A stretch of 64,000 bases of DNA, taken from a virus. Position 1 is the stretch's first letter. Every line of letters starts with the position of its first letter. Shown here in pieces: positions 9,393 through 18,383 of the stretch. The position numbers were made by a program, and so were the translations under genes. The notes beneath the pieces were generated by a model. It was not told where the DNA came from, made no database searches, and was given only the letters and a program-made list of their open reading frames with translations. The DNA is taken from positions 21,033 through 85,032 of IMG/VR virus record IMGVR_UViG_3300036770_005287; one strand, written 5' to 3'.

Positions 9393-9583
9393 TGTAGGCG
9401 GTAGGCGCAGCGATTTCTTAGCTCTAAGGGTTCGACCTCCAAAACTAAACAATACCCTCCGTGGGGAATTACATATTTAGTCTTGCCACTACCAGCAGCT
9501 ACTCCGGATAAGCTGCCTGCCCATATGCGTACAAGGTACTGACCGGAACCCTTGCCGCAAACGCTCGTTTTACAGAGCCTACA
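9393..9583 (-). ncRNA. Putative ~190-nt structured ncRNA
   Basis: TTTACT-N17-TATTAT promoter (9617-9589); ends pair (UGUAGGC/GCCUACA); nested stems; followed by a terminator. Confidence 0.65.
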
Positions 9584-9707
9584 TGCAAATAATAGCCAGA
9601 TACTACTGTAAAGTAAATAGCAGATGCTAAATCAGCACATTAAGCACGAGTTATAGAACAATAATCGCTAATAGTTTCAGATCCGGCACTATCACCTAGT
9701 TTACTAC

Positions 9708-10391
9708 TCAAAAGTGCAAACTATTCTTTTTGTGGTCCAATCTGGCTTTTAGATAGTGAGCATCGAGCATCATTGACCAAACACCCAACAACATCAAGCA
9801 AGTGAATGCCGCACTTGTATACTTATGAATACTGTAGAAGAAGGGGGGATGCGACTGGCTAAACCACTCAGGGATTATCCAGTACGTCACCAACTCAGCA
9901 ACCAGGCAAAGAATAAAAATCGCTGACATCACCAGAATCATGCAAATTGCAACAACTTGCGGGATCCACTTCCTCTGGAACTCAACAGAAAACATCTGTT
10001 GTAGCTTTGGATTGCAGTGATAGGTAAATAGGATAAAACTAAGCAGGCAATTAAATAAGAAGTAAAACCCGAAGTACGCAACCTGCAGACTAATTTCCCG
10101 ACCATACAGCAAGTAGCTAACCGGTAATCGAACTGCATATGCCAACAGAATAATAACTAGCGCTGGTAATATCTCACGGCGAGATCGGTTCGCTGCTATC
10201 ACATAGCCCGCTATTCCAATCATATACATGGATTCCATGTATACGGTTGATGGAAAAACCCACCAGATGGCAAAGGAAAGAATAAAAGCTGTTATGTGGC
10301 CAAACAAAACTAAGTTTGAGCGTGTAAATACAACTAATCGTTCTATTCCCCAATTCATCTGGCGGGACATCCTTATCGCAACTTTAAACAA
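9708..10391 (-). CDS. Polytopic inner-membrane protein (~6 TM)
   Basis: 227 aa with alternating hydrophobic segments; starts 2 nt after the peptide gene. Confidence 0.8.
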   Translation of the reverse strand: MFKVAIRMSRQMNWGIERLVVFTRSNLVLFGHITAFILSFAIWWVFPSTVYMESMYMIGIAGYVIAANRSRREILPALVIILLAYAVRLPVSYLLYGREISLQVAYFGFYFLFNCLLSFILFTYHCNPKLQQMFSVEFQRKWIPQVVAICMILVMSAIFILCLVAELVTYWIIPEWFSQSHPPFFYSIHKYTSAAFTCLMLLGVWSMMLDAHYLKARLDHKKNSLHF

Positions 10392-10393
10392 AT

Positions 10394-10678
10394 TTATGAT
10401 TTTGACGGAGGCGTTGGCGGCCAGCCTGGCGGAACATCATCGGCCAAAGCTGTCGCTTCTGGGTCCGTTGGCGGCCACCCTGGCGGTACGTCGTCAGTTT
10501 GCGTTTCACCAGACTCAATTGATTGCAGCGCCTTTGCTTTGTCAGAGATAGTCACTGTGTCAATTGCTGTTGAACTTAGCGCAGCAGGCTGCTGCTTTGC
10601 CAGTTCGGTGTTTTTTTCAGTTGCTGCAGGCTGGTTTACTGCAGCAGTTGCATACGTGGCAGAGCCTTTAATCTCCAT
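10394..10678 (-). CDS. 94-aa peptide with FlgM-like leader and two DDVPPGWPPT cores
   Basis: ATG at 10678 with GAGGAAG RBS; DTVTISDKAKAL motif; duplicated decapeptide. Confidence 0.75.
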   Translation of the reverse strand: MEIKGSATYATAAVNQPAATEKNTELAKQQPAALSSTAIDTVTISDKAKALQSIESGETQTDDVPPGWPPTDPEATALADDVPPGWPPTPPSKS

Positions 10679-10934
10679 CGCGCTTTCTTCCTCGGTTTTC
10701 TCGATAATGTTTTTCAAACTCTCGGGGGACAAGTAAGCGCCACATTAATCCCCAGCTGGGCCTCGTTGCCTTTACCCATTCTTTAACAATTGTTAAAGAT
10801 GGCTCCGCTTCACCGTTTTCCAGCCGGTAAACATATGACCTGTGAATGCCAATTTTGAGCGCCAATTCCTCGACATTTAAATTGGCCTTTTTCCTCATCG
10901 CCCTAAGAATTTCGCCAGTGCTTTCTACTGCCAT
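10668..10934 (-). CDS. XRE-family HTH transcriptional regulator
   Basis: LRAMRKKANLNVEELALKIGIHRSYVYRLENGEAEPS. Confidence 0.9.
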   Translation of the reverse strand: MAVESTGEILRAMRKKANLNVEELALKIGIHRSYVYRLENGEAEPSLTIVKEWVKATRPSWGLMWRLLVPREFEKHYRENRGRKRDGD

Positions 10935-11046
10935 GACAACTACACCCGCCCGGATCTGTATATTTTTTTAATTCGCTCAAAAAATGTCCTGATATCAAAG
11001 TTTCGTAGGAAAAATATCAGAAAAAAACGCATAATTTGAGCGTTTT

Positions 11047-11062
11047 GTCGCCTAAATGCGAC
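11047..11062. promoter_or_regulatory. Possible XRE operator GTCGC-N6-GCGAC
   Basis: Palindrome in the divergent XRE/c1 intergenic region; related TTGTCGC half-site near 11079. Confidence 0.35.
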
Positions 11063-11134
11063 GTGAAAAATAATACAGTTGTCGCAGTGATCTGGACAGG
11101 CATTTTTAACGATTTTTGCATTAACCAGCTATGT

Positions 11135-11149
11135 ATATCCTAACGTTAA
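11135..11149 (-). promoter_or_regulatory. Asymmetric operator motif upstream of c1 operon
   Basis: ATATCCTAACGTTAA on + strand. Confidence 0.7.
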
Positions 11150-11280
11150 TGACATCAAAATGAATGCCTGACATGAATAACAGATTTTTACACCCGTAAA
11201 TTTGATAAATATTTTCATCTTGATTAATAGCGTTATTAATCATTAATAATGTCTGTGCTATAGTTGTTGCGAGGATTGCA

Positions 11281-11670
11281 GTGAACGAGTTCAAAAACAC
11301 CCAACAGGAATTATCTACAGTTTTAGGCGCCGAAGTTATTACCGGAGCATTAAGAGACAACCTAATAGGGTACTCTACGGATAGTGCGCTTCAGATGATA
11401 GAAGGGTTGAGACACCAAAGCCTGGAGGAAAACAACCTTCTTTTTGGTGCTTGCCACGTTTTGTTGGATTTGTTACCAGCTAAGTTGAGGGACTTAGACG
11501 GCATTGAACTTGCCATTGCAGACCTTATCGCTACACACACTGACTGTCTGAGGCAGCGTGTGTTATTGCTGCAATCAGAGCAGAACAACCTAGGGGGCGC
11601 ATCTGCTGATGTATCAAAGTTACAACGACATCAAACTTGCGAAGCAATCATGCGAACAGCTTGCTCTTGA
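11281..11670 (+). CDS. Hypothetical protein in Coi/Imc position upstream of C1
   Basis: GTG start with GAGGA RBS; acidic; assignment by position only. Confidence 0.55.
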   Translation: MNEFKNTQQELSTVLGAEVITGALRDNLIGYSTDSALQMIEGLRHQSLEENNLLFGACHVLLDLLPAKLRDLDGIELAIADLIATHTDCLRQRVLLLQSEQNNLGGASADVSKLQRHQTCEAIMRTACS

Positions 11671-12430
11671 GCTGCACGCTCGATTTTCAGACCATGTAAC
11701 ATATCGTGAAAAACTACCGGACGGCAGCTATCGCCGTCCTGTGATAGTCCTACGCAACCAAGCAGAGTTAGATGATGTCATAAAGGTTCGGGATGAAATC
11801 ACCCGGATCCGTGACCAGGTGCTCGAATCGACGGGCAGCTCTGTCCGCTTTACTGAGCCACGTATCGTTGAAAACGTTCTGCTGTATAAAGTGTGGGTCA
11901 ACACTGAGCGCAGCAGCAGTTATAACCAGACTTCACGGCTTGAGATTATCCATAACATTAAACAGCGATTAGAGCGGGCCAACCGCAACGCAGATAATGA
12001 CATTGCTCAAATGACAGCCTTGCTACTGCGTAAAGAACTGAAGTTTTTCGAAGGTGAAACAGAAGAGTACTACCGCGCACGGACAATTGGCTTGCCATCT
12101 TCTGATGCAGAGTGCCACCTGGCGAACCATGGCCGCGAGAAGATCAAAATATCTGAAGCCGGCTTATTTATCGTTGGTCCAAATTTTGACATACCCCGCG
12201 GCGACTTTCCTGAAGGACGAAAGCCACGCAAACCACGAGCAAGCGTCTATGACGGCCTTGAACAAATTCAGTACTCAGGTGCAGTCAGTAGCGTGCTGTA
12301 TCGGGAAAGCGAAGTAATTGCAGCCAAGCGCCGGGCCGGCTTTGATGACGAGAAGCAGGAGCAGATTAAGAACATGAAAAAATCTGTGTCTCGCCGCAGT
12401 CCTGGCGCGCCGCCAGAACACCCGATCTGA
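11609..12430 (+). CDS. c1: P1 C1-like primary repressor
   Basis: DGSYRRPVIVL, YRARTIG, AGLFIV, ASVYDGLEQI and LYR blocks parallel P1 C1 as recalled; convergent with the pac operon as in P1. Confidence 0.75.
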   Translation: MYQSYNDIKLAKQSCEQLALELHARFSDHVTYREKLPDGSYRRPVIVLRNQAELDDVIKVRDEITRIRDQVLESTGSSVRFTEPRIVENVLLYKVWVNTERSSSYNQTSRLEIIHNIKQRLERANRNADNDIAQMTALLLRKELKFFEGETEEYYRARTIGLPSSDAECHLANHGREKIKISEAGLFIVGPNFDIPRGDFPEGRKPRKPRASVYDGLEQIQYSGAVSSVLYRESEVIAAKRRAGFDDEKQEQIKNMKKSVSRRSPGAPPEHPI

Positions 12431-12440
12431 TATGACGGGC

Positions 12441-13028
12441 CTATAGCACGGCCCGCATTCTGGTTAATTCCAATAGCCGCCCCAGGTAATGCTGCAGCGG
12501 CTTTAAGTCTTTTGGCAAGCCAAAGCGCTGCACCGCCTGATAGATCAGCACACCGTAAAAGAAATCCATAGCCGACATTTCCGCACCCAACAAGAACCGT
12601 CCCGCATTGCAGGCCGGTGCCAATTCACGCAGCGCAGCAAATAGGTCTGTCCGCGCCCTTATTGCGTTTCTACCTTCACCGCAGGCGCATTGATAGGCCG
12701 GCAAGAAAAACTGCTGAAAGCGCAGCAGCGTGAGGCGTATGAGGGCACGCTGAGCAATGTCATGCGGCAGCAGCAGCGGTTCGGGATAGCGCTCAGCTAG
12801 GTAATCAACAATCACCATGGCATCATACAGCGTACAATGGTGCTGCACCGCCAGCACTGGCAGTATGCCGGCCGGATTGATGGATCTGAGCGATTCTGGC
12901 ACGTCCTGGACCGATACTTTCCGGATATGTAAGCCAAGCTCAGCTATCATCCAGCGAATTGCCTGGCTGTTGATGCTGTTATCGTCGTAGAGCGTAATAG
13001 CCCGGTCAATTTCGTTGTTTTTGAGCAT
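12441..13028 (-). CDS. sspA: Stringent starvation protein A (SspA)-like GST-fold protein
   Basis: LRSINPAGILPVL...IVDYLAERYPEPLLLP...RALIRL parallels SspA LNPNQSVPTL...YLDERFPHPPLMP...RGESRL. Confidence 0.75.
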   Translation of the reverse strand: MLKNNEIDRAITLYDDNSINSQAIRWMIAELGLHIRKVSVQDVPESLRSINPAGILPVLAVQHHCTLYDAMVIVDYLAERYPEPLLLPHDIAQRALIRLTLLRFQQFFLPAYQCACGEGRNAIRARTDLFAALRELAPACNAGRFLLGAEMSAMDFFYGVLIYQAVQRFGLPKDLKPLQHYLGRLLELTRMRAVL

Positions 13029-13030
13029 AG

Positions 13031-14572
13031 TTAACCCTCATAGAATTCTTCTAAATCATCCACTTCGCCATCCAGATCAGCGGCTGAGCTCATTACGTTG
13101 TGCGGTATGTAGTTAATGATTTGCGTAAACATGTAGGTATCAGAACGGTCAGGTGAAGCGATTTGCAGCTTGTTGCGCATCACCTCTTTTTTCATCATCA
13201 CCCAAAGTCCAGACTCATCCATGCCTATCGGCAGTTTTGATAACTGGTCGATTGTTTTCGGGTCCGCATCGATAGCCATGCGACCGGATAGGATGGCTTC
13301 TTTGCCGTAGATATGCGCCTTGGCCCGCAGGTTTTTAAATCGCTTTTTCTCAGCCGGCGTAACCGGTGGAAAGCCCCAGCGAATGCGCACCAGGTTGATA
13401 TTGAGGCCCATATCGCGCAACAGCTCAATCTCTTCGAGCAAGTGCAGGTAAACCGTATAGCCCACGCCATCACCGTCTACCGCTATGGTGATATTCGGAT
13501 AGAGCTCAGTGCAGCATTCCGCCACAATGCGGCGTACAAACTTGAGCGGATCCACGTCGGCGGACATTTCCAGCAGTTTGTGATTCACCACAACACGCTG
13601 AGGACCTTGCGAACCCGACATGCGGCCGATATTGAGCACTGAGCGGTCGCGGCCAGCCCCGATATCGACCGTTGCATACCATCCCCAATCTTCGCCCAGC
13701 TTTTTCGCCACTTCCTGGCGCGCCACTTTCGACGCAGCAGCTTGCACAGCGTCACGGCCCAATAGGAAATCGGACATATTGGACGGGAACCGGCCCAGTA
13801 CTTTGATCTGAAATTCAGGACTATCGAGGCCGCCATATTCCAGCAGCTTATCGAGGATAAATTGCCGGGTAACGTGGCGGGACAGGGCAGAGCTCAGCGT
13901 TATTGAATTCCAGGTTCCACTGGTTGATTTTGTACGGCTTAAATCGTGGTGCGTGCGATAGAAGTAGCCACCAACACGGGTAGGCTGTGACAGCAGCAGA
14001 ACCCGGTTATCAACCGATGTCTGCGCCCCCATGATGACACCAAAAGCCCGATCGTTAACGCCCGATGCTTCATCGACAATCGTTAACATGTGATCGGCGT
14101 GCTCACCGGCGAGTGACTCTTCGTTGTTGAGCCTAAAGCCCTTGGGCGTGACGTACCAAACACCTTTCTGAGTGCGCTCAAAGAACGTCGTTTCTGTCAG
14201 AACAAAGTATTCAGCAAGCCAGGGCAGGCGCTTTTGCAGCGCAGCAAAGTGGATCTTCAGGTTTTTCCAAACCGCATCCATAACCTGCTTAATTTTGTTC
14301 GCAATGATGACTACCCGCGCGCCTGGGTAGAGAATCATATAAAGCAGAATAATAGCGGCAGTAATAAACGATTTACCGGTACCATGGCCGGAGCTGACGG
14401 ATGTTCGGCTGCCAACTTCGGACACGCTATCGAGCAGCATGCGCTGCTGTGCATCTGTTTCAATGCCAAACAGCACCGCCATTGCGCCATCCCAATCCTG
14501 GTCAAAAGTCTCAATCAGCCACGGATAGCGGCGGTCACTTGTCAGACTGGTTATGCGCTTGGCCGGTATCAT
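13031..14572 (-). CDS. pacB: Terminase large subunit (PacB)
   Basis: SGHGTGKS Walker A, IVDEASG Walker B, VDIG and SPDRSD nuclease motifs. Confidence 0.92.
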   Translation of the reverse strand: MIPAKRITSLTSDRRYPWLIETFDQDWDGAMAVLFGIETDAQQRMLLDSVSEVGSRTSVSSGHGTGKSFITAAIILLYMILYPGARVVIIANKIKQVMDAVWKNLKIHFAALQKRLPWLAEYFVLTETTFFERTQKGVWYVTPKGFRLNNEESLAGEHADHMLTIVDEASGVNDRAFGVIMGAQTSVDNRVLLLSQPTRVGGYFYRTHHDLSRTKSTSGTWNSITLSSALSRHVTRQFILDKLLEYGGLDSPEFQIKVLGRFPSNMSDFLLGRDAVQAAASKVARQEVAKKLGEDWGWYATVDIGAGRDRSVLNIGRMSGSQGPQRVVVNHKLLEMSADVDPLKFVRRIVAECCTELYPNITIAVDGDGVGYTVYLHLLEEIELLRDMGLNINLVRIRWGFPPVTPAEKKRFKNLRAKAHIYGKEAILSGRMAIDADPKTIDQLSKLPIGMDESGLWVMMKKEVMRNKLQIASPDRSDTYMFTQIINYIPHNVMSSAADLDGEVDDLEEFYEG

Positions 14573-15729
14573 TCGAAATCAGCCGGATCTATATCGACAT
14601 CGCCCATGATGTCAGTGTCATCATCCATGAGGCTAATATCGTCATCCGTGACACTCTCCGTAACCCGGACATCACCCACTTGCCCGGTGGCCGCCAGCGT
14701 ATTATCAAGCCAAGCCTGGCGCTCAGATAGCTCATCCACGCTGGCATTTTTACGCTCAATGGCTCTGCGCCTTGCTTCTTCAATCGCTTCATTCGTCAGG
14801 CCGCCATCTTCAGGCGGTGGTGGCGTTGCTTCCTTAATTTCTTTATCAGACTCTGCCTGCAGGAATCTTGGCGGCTCAATCCCGTTTTCAGCAAACAGCT
14901 TGCAAGTGTCAGTGGCACTTAACTCTTCCAGAGCGCGGCGCTGCAAAATCGCAGCCGTCATTTCAACAATTTCACCGCGGCTTAAATGCGCCATATCCCG
15001 GCGCATCTTCTCCATGCTGATCGCTTTCTCTTCAACCTGCACGGCCAACTGCACCAGGCGGGTTAATGGCTCAATGCCGGAATATTCAACTTCCTCCATG
15101 GCCTCAAGCAATGTCATTGGCTCATTGATTTCCCCGTCTGGCGTCCACACCGGACGAGTCATCTTTTTGCCTTCACTGTAGAGCTGATTGATAGCATTTG
15201 CTTTCGCCTGGCGAATGCGGGCCATACCGAGTAACCGGCTCTTTGCCAGCTGACCTAAATCCGCCAGGCTGAAATCAGCCGGGTCGCATTCCAGATCTAA
15301 ATCAGTCATCAGCCGGCTATAGGCGCCATGTTTTACCGATGCTGTATTGCCTTGTGTGAATGTCCTGGTGCCATCCTCACGCAATACAACATTCGGATGA
15401 GATTGGCCGGCGGCTGTTTTGACAGTGACATTGATCCGTGGCACGCGCGTCGATCCCGCCCGCCCTTTACCCGCTTTGGGCTTTTGCGCAGCGGTGCGCG
15501 GTTCATCGTTTTTTTTCGACGGTTCGGACTTAGCTGGTCCGACCTTTTTCGGTTCTTTTGCTGGCTTTGTTTCGGGCTGATTGCCAGCACTTTTAAAGGC
15601 GGCAAACTCCCGGCGAAAACTGTTTGGATTGAGCTTGTGCTTTTCACAATAAGCATTGCGCGCTGCCGCGGACTGATCCGCCTGCTTTGAGAATGCAACA
15701 CAATGTTTATGCCAGTGCGACTTTGACAA
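14569..15729 (-). CDS. pacA: Terminase small subunit (PacA)
   Basis: 386 aa; YCEKHKLNPNSFRR N-terminal HTH; FTQGNTASVKHGAY; coupled to pacB. Confidence 0.8.
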   Translation of the reverse strand: MSKSHWHKHCVAFSKQADQSAAARNAYCEKHKLNPNSFRREFAAFKSAGNQPETKPAKEPKKVGPAKSEPSKKNDEPRTAAQKPKAGKGRAGSTRVPRINVTVKTAAGQSHPNVVLREDGTRTFTQGNTASVKHGAYSRLMTDLDLECDPADFSLADLGQLAKSRLLGMARIRQAKANAINQLYSEGKKMTRPVWTPDGEINEPMTLLEAMEEVEYSGIEPLTRLVQLAVQVEEKAISMEKMRRDMAHLSRGEIVEMTAAILQRRALEELSATDTCKLFAENGIEPPRFLQAESDKEIKEATPPPPEDGGLTNEAIEEARRRAIERKNASVDELSERQAWLDNTLAATGQVGDVRVTESVTDDDISLMDDDTDIMGDVDIDPADFE

Positions 15730-15735
15730 ACTTTA

Positions 15736-15750
15736 TTATCCTAACGTTGA
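15736..15750 (-). promoter_or_regulatory. Asymmetric operator motif overlapping pacA RBS
   Basis: TCAACGTTAGGATAA, 6 nt before the pacA TTG. Confidence 0.7.
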
Positions 15751-15779
15751 GTAGGCTTTATTTTTTGTCGAATGATAAC

Positions 15780-15956
15780 TGATCACTGCAAACTGATCAC
15801 TGATCAGCTGTGACAAAGTGAAAATATGTGATCAAACTGATCACGCGCCGCGAATAACGCAGCGCGCAATACATTGTTTTATATGAGATAAATCAGGAAT
15901 GATGTTCAGAATCCTGATCAGCTTTGTTTGCATTGAAATGCGCACAAATTTGATCA
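15780..15956. other. Putative pac (packaging initiation) site
   Basis: Seven TGATCA hexamers at 15780, 15794, 15801, 15829, 15838, 15915 and 15951, as in P1 pac. Confidence 0.75.
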
Positions 15957-16210
15957 GAATCAGCACCTTCTAAGAGCATTGTTTGCAGCTTTTCGAGTGT
16001 AATTTTTTGGCAAACGCCAGTATCGGTTAACACCAAGCGCACGTATTCAGCCGGTGTGTATTGGTGCCGTTCAGCCAGTATTCTGAGCAATAGCCGCTCA
16101 GTCTTTGACATTGGGATGCGCACGTCCTGAATGTCAAACTGCCGGCGCTTCTCCCGGAAACGACGAACCCGCACGCGGGCCGCCTGGCGTTTCTTATCAG
16201 CGGTATTCAT
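15893..16210 (-). CDS. Lpa-like late promoter activator
   Basis: Basic N-terminus ARVRVRRFREKRR plus RHH-like segment; immediately upstream of pacA like P1 lpa. Confidence 0.55.
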   Translation of the reverse strand: MNTADKKRQAARVRVRRFREKRRQFDIQDVRIPMSKTERLLLRILAERHQYTPAEYVRLVLTDTGVCQKITLEKLQTMLLEGADSDQICAHFNANKADQDSEHHS

Positions 16211-16784
16211 GCGGCAATTCCTCATCACCTGTTAGATTTGCATAGTCCAGAAATGCCCGCTTCACCGCATCCAGGCCATACGCAAACACCGCACAGTAGC
16301 CATCTGCACGCAGCTGTATCGCCTTCTTCTCCTGCTCATCAGATGGTTTTCCCTTTTCGGTTTTAAGCTCACAGCGAAAGCCGTGGTATTTCCCCCTGGC
16401 TAAATCCATACAGGTATCGAGCACGCCCTTTTTCTGGCCCTCCGCCTGCATCTTCCAGGCGGTTAACGGTCCACGCTTGCCGCTGTTAGGTACCGCGTGC
16501 GTGCGCTCATACAAATCCGGGTAGTTGTTTTCCAGCCACCAGAACAATTCCACTTGAATGTAATGCTCTTCGTTTCCCTTAATGAGCTCAGGCCGCTCCC
16601 TGAGCTGTTTTAACGCTTTACCGTGCGCCGATAGCTTGTCTTTATCCGTCGGGATGGTAGCGGGCTTTGCAGGACCTTTATTTTCTGACTTTGGCCGACT
16701 GGCCGATCTGGCACTGACGCGCAAATTCCTATTTTTCTGCATCAGCCGCTCGAAATCTTCAGGCGATAGTTTAATGCCACTCAT
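16197..16784 (-). CDS. VRR-NUC domain nuclease
   Basis: EHYIQ...HAVPNSG...EGQKKGVLD...ELKTEKGKPSDEQ. Confidence 0.85.
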   Translation of the reverse strand: MSGIKLSPEDFERLMQKNRNLRVSARSASRPKSENKGPAKPATIPTDKDKLSAHGKALKQLRERPELIKGNEEHYIQVELFWWLENNYPDLYERTHAVPNSGKRGPLTAWKMQAEGQKKGVLDTCMDLARGKYHGFRCELKTEKGKPSDEQEKKAIQLRADGYCAVFAYGLDAVKRAFLDYANLTGDEELPHEYR

Positions 16785-18013
16785 TAGCGCTTCTTCCGGC
16801 CTTTGGCTACGGCCTTTTTCCGGGCTTCGCGCGCTTCGACATCAGCCTTAAACTTCCTCACCCAATGCGTGACGACCTGATAATGTTTCACCAGCTCATC
16901 ACCAAGCGGCGTTTCTTTTAAGTGATTGCCTATCTGGCGCAAATCCATCACCGCATCCGGATGCGCGTGTGCAATGACTGAATCTTTTTGCGCCAGCCGC
17001 TCACCTTCTCGCACGCCGGCAACAAACTCATCCACGGGCAACTCTTTGATGCGGGCTAACAGCTCTGCCTGCTGCTCTGCTGATAACGGCAATCCATCAC
17101 CTGAGCGGACCATTAACTGGCCGTTGTGCTCAAACACAACTTGGCCGCGACCGTCATAATCCAGCCCCAGGTAAGTGCAGTAAGGAGTGTCTTTGAACTC
17201 AGAGCCAAGCCAATCCCGGTTAGTGCTGAGCAAATAGAAATCAATGGTCCCTGCAATGGCATATATCGGTTGACGCTGCAGCAGCTCATTGACGCGCGTC
17301 ACGAATGTTATTTTCCGGCGCAGCTCTTCACATTGAACGTGCTTTTCTGCCAGCAGCTTGTTGGACTTTTCAACATGATTTGCCAGGGATTCGAGCGTTG
17401 GCCGGCTGGTTTCCACAACGCTGGTCATCTTGCGCAGCAACTCGTCGCGCTCATGCGCCTCCGCAATCAGTGCTGATGATTCGGCCTGCAGGCGTGAAAT
17501 TGTCACCCGCAACTCAGCAACCAGTTCAGCACTGGCAGCCTTATTGCTCATGCGCTCGTTTGTTTGTGTTAGCTCAGTCTGAAGCGCGACAACCTTGCGT
17601 TTTTGCAGTAAATGGCCGTCTTTTTCCTTGTTTAGCTCAGATTTTGTGGCTGCCAACTCTTGCCGGGTTTCGTTCAGTAAAGTTTCTAAATCGGCCGCCT
17701 TGCTGCGCCAATTGTCGGCGTTTTGAAGTGCGCTATCGAGCTGGTTTTCAACCGTACTCAGTTTGTTCTGAATGCCGATCTGGATCTTCTTTAACTGTGT
17801 CACTTCCTGCTTGCTGGCGGTCGATTGCTGCAACAGCGTGTCATACTTCAGCTCGGCCGCAGCCAAAAGCGCATTAGTGTTATCTACCAGTTCCTGATTT
17901 TCCGCTTCCAATTCGGCAATGCGCGCTTCCTGGCTTAGTAACCGCTCTGCATTGTCACTCAATACCGCTTTTTGCACCGCAATCAGTTGTGCTTGTTCGT
18001 TGCTGCCCGACAT
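16784..18013 (-). CDS. Long coiled-coil protein (possibly P1 PmgS-like)
   Basis: Heptad-rich ~410 aa; start taken at MSGSNEQ. Confidence 0.65.
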   Translation of the reverse strand: MSGSNEQAQLIAVQKAVLSDNAERLLSQEARIAELEAENQELVDNTNALLAAAELKYDTLLQQSTASKQEVTQLKKIQIGIQNKLSTVENQLDSALQNADNWRSKAADLETLLNETRQELAATKSELNKEKDGHLLQKRKVVALQTELTQTNERMSNKAASAELVAELRVTISRLQAESSALIAEAHERDELLRKMTSVVETSRPTLESLANHVEKSNKLLAEKHVQCEELRRKITFVTRVNELLQRQPIYAIAGTIDFYLLSTNRDWLGSEFKDTPYCTYLGLDYDGRGQVVFEHNGQLMVRSGDGLPLSAEQQAELLARIKELPVDEFVAGVREGERLAQKDSVIAHAHPDAVMDLRQIGNHLKETPLGDELVKHYQVVTHWVRKFKADVEAREARKKAVAKGRKKR

Positions 18014-18020
18014 AAAACCC

Positions 18021-18377
18021 TCAATCATTTTTATTAATGCGCGAACCGGCATAAAACCGGTCCACCGCTTTGCGTTCCAGCACATCGTTTGGCGTGATAG
18101 CGACCAGATACTGATGTTTGAGTTTTTTGTACTCTTTTTCAGCTGCAGCTAGGCGCTGGGATTGCGCCTTAATCACACCGATCGCATGCATGAGTTCAAC
18201 GCCGGTACCATGGCAATCCATACAATCGAGCGGCCCGAGCAACCCGGACACCTTGCCTGTACCCTTGCACACCTGACAAAGCGGCATCGACTTGACCGCG
18301 GGCTCATCCGATATCACTTCAATCGTGACAATAACGGGCGTTGCCGCGGTGCCTTTGCGGGGGACTATCTTGCTCAC
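18021..18377 (-). CDS. DnaJ-type zinc-finger protein
   Basis: CQVCKGTG...CMDCHGTG. Confidence 0.75.
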   Translation of the reverse strand: MSKIVPRKGTAATPVIVTIEVISDEPAVKSMPLCQVCKGTGKVSGLLGPLDCMDCHGTGVELMHAIGVIKAQSQRLAAAEKEYKKLKHQYLVAITPNDVLERKAVDRFYAGSRINKND

Positions 18378-18383
18378 CCTGAT

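Noticed and set aside
9393-9583. Structured RNA as tRNA, tmRNA or 6S RNA
   Set aside because: No cloverleaf, CCA or tag ORF; length is 6S-like but the fold is multibranched rather than a rod with a central bubble; needs an Rfam search
10394-10678. Peptide as a true FlgM anti-sigma factor or a classical RiPP precursor
   Set aside because: Lacks the FlgM C-terminal sigma-binding helices; no modifying enzyme, peptidase or ABC transporter adjacent
10680-11040. Sigma-28 promoter for the FlgM-like peptide operon
   Set aside because: Only weak matches with imperfect spacing; not supportable
14234-15181. 315-aa plus-strand ORF
   Set aside because: Antisense shadow of pacA/pacB with Ser-rich composition; the many similar short antisense ORFs were also ignored
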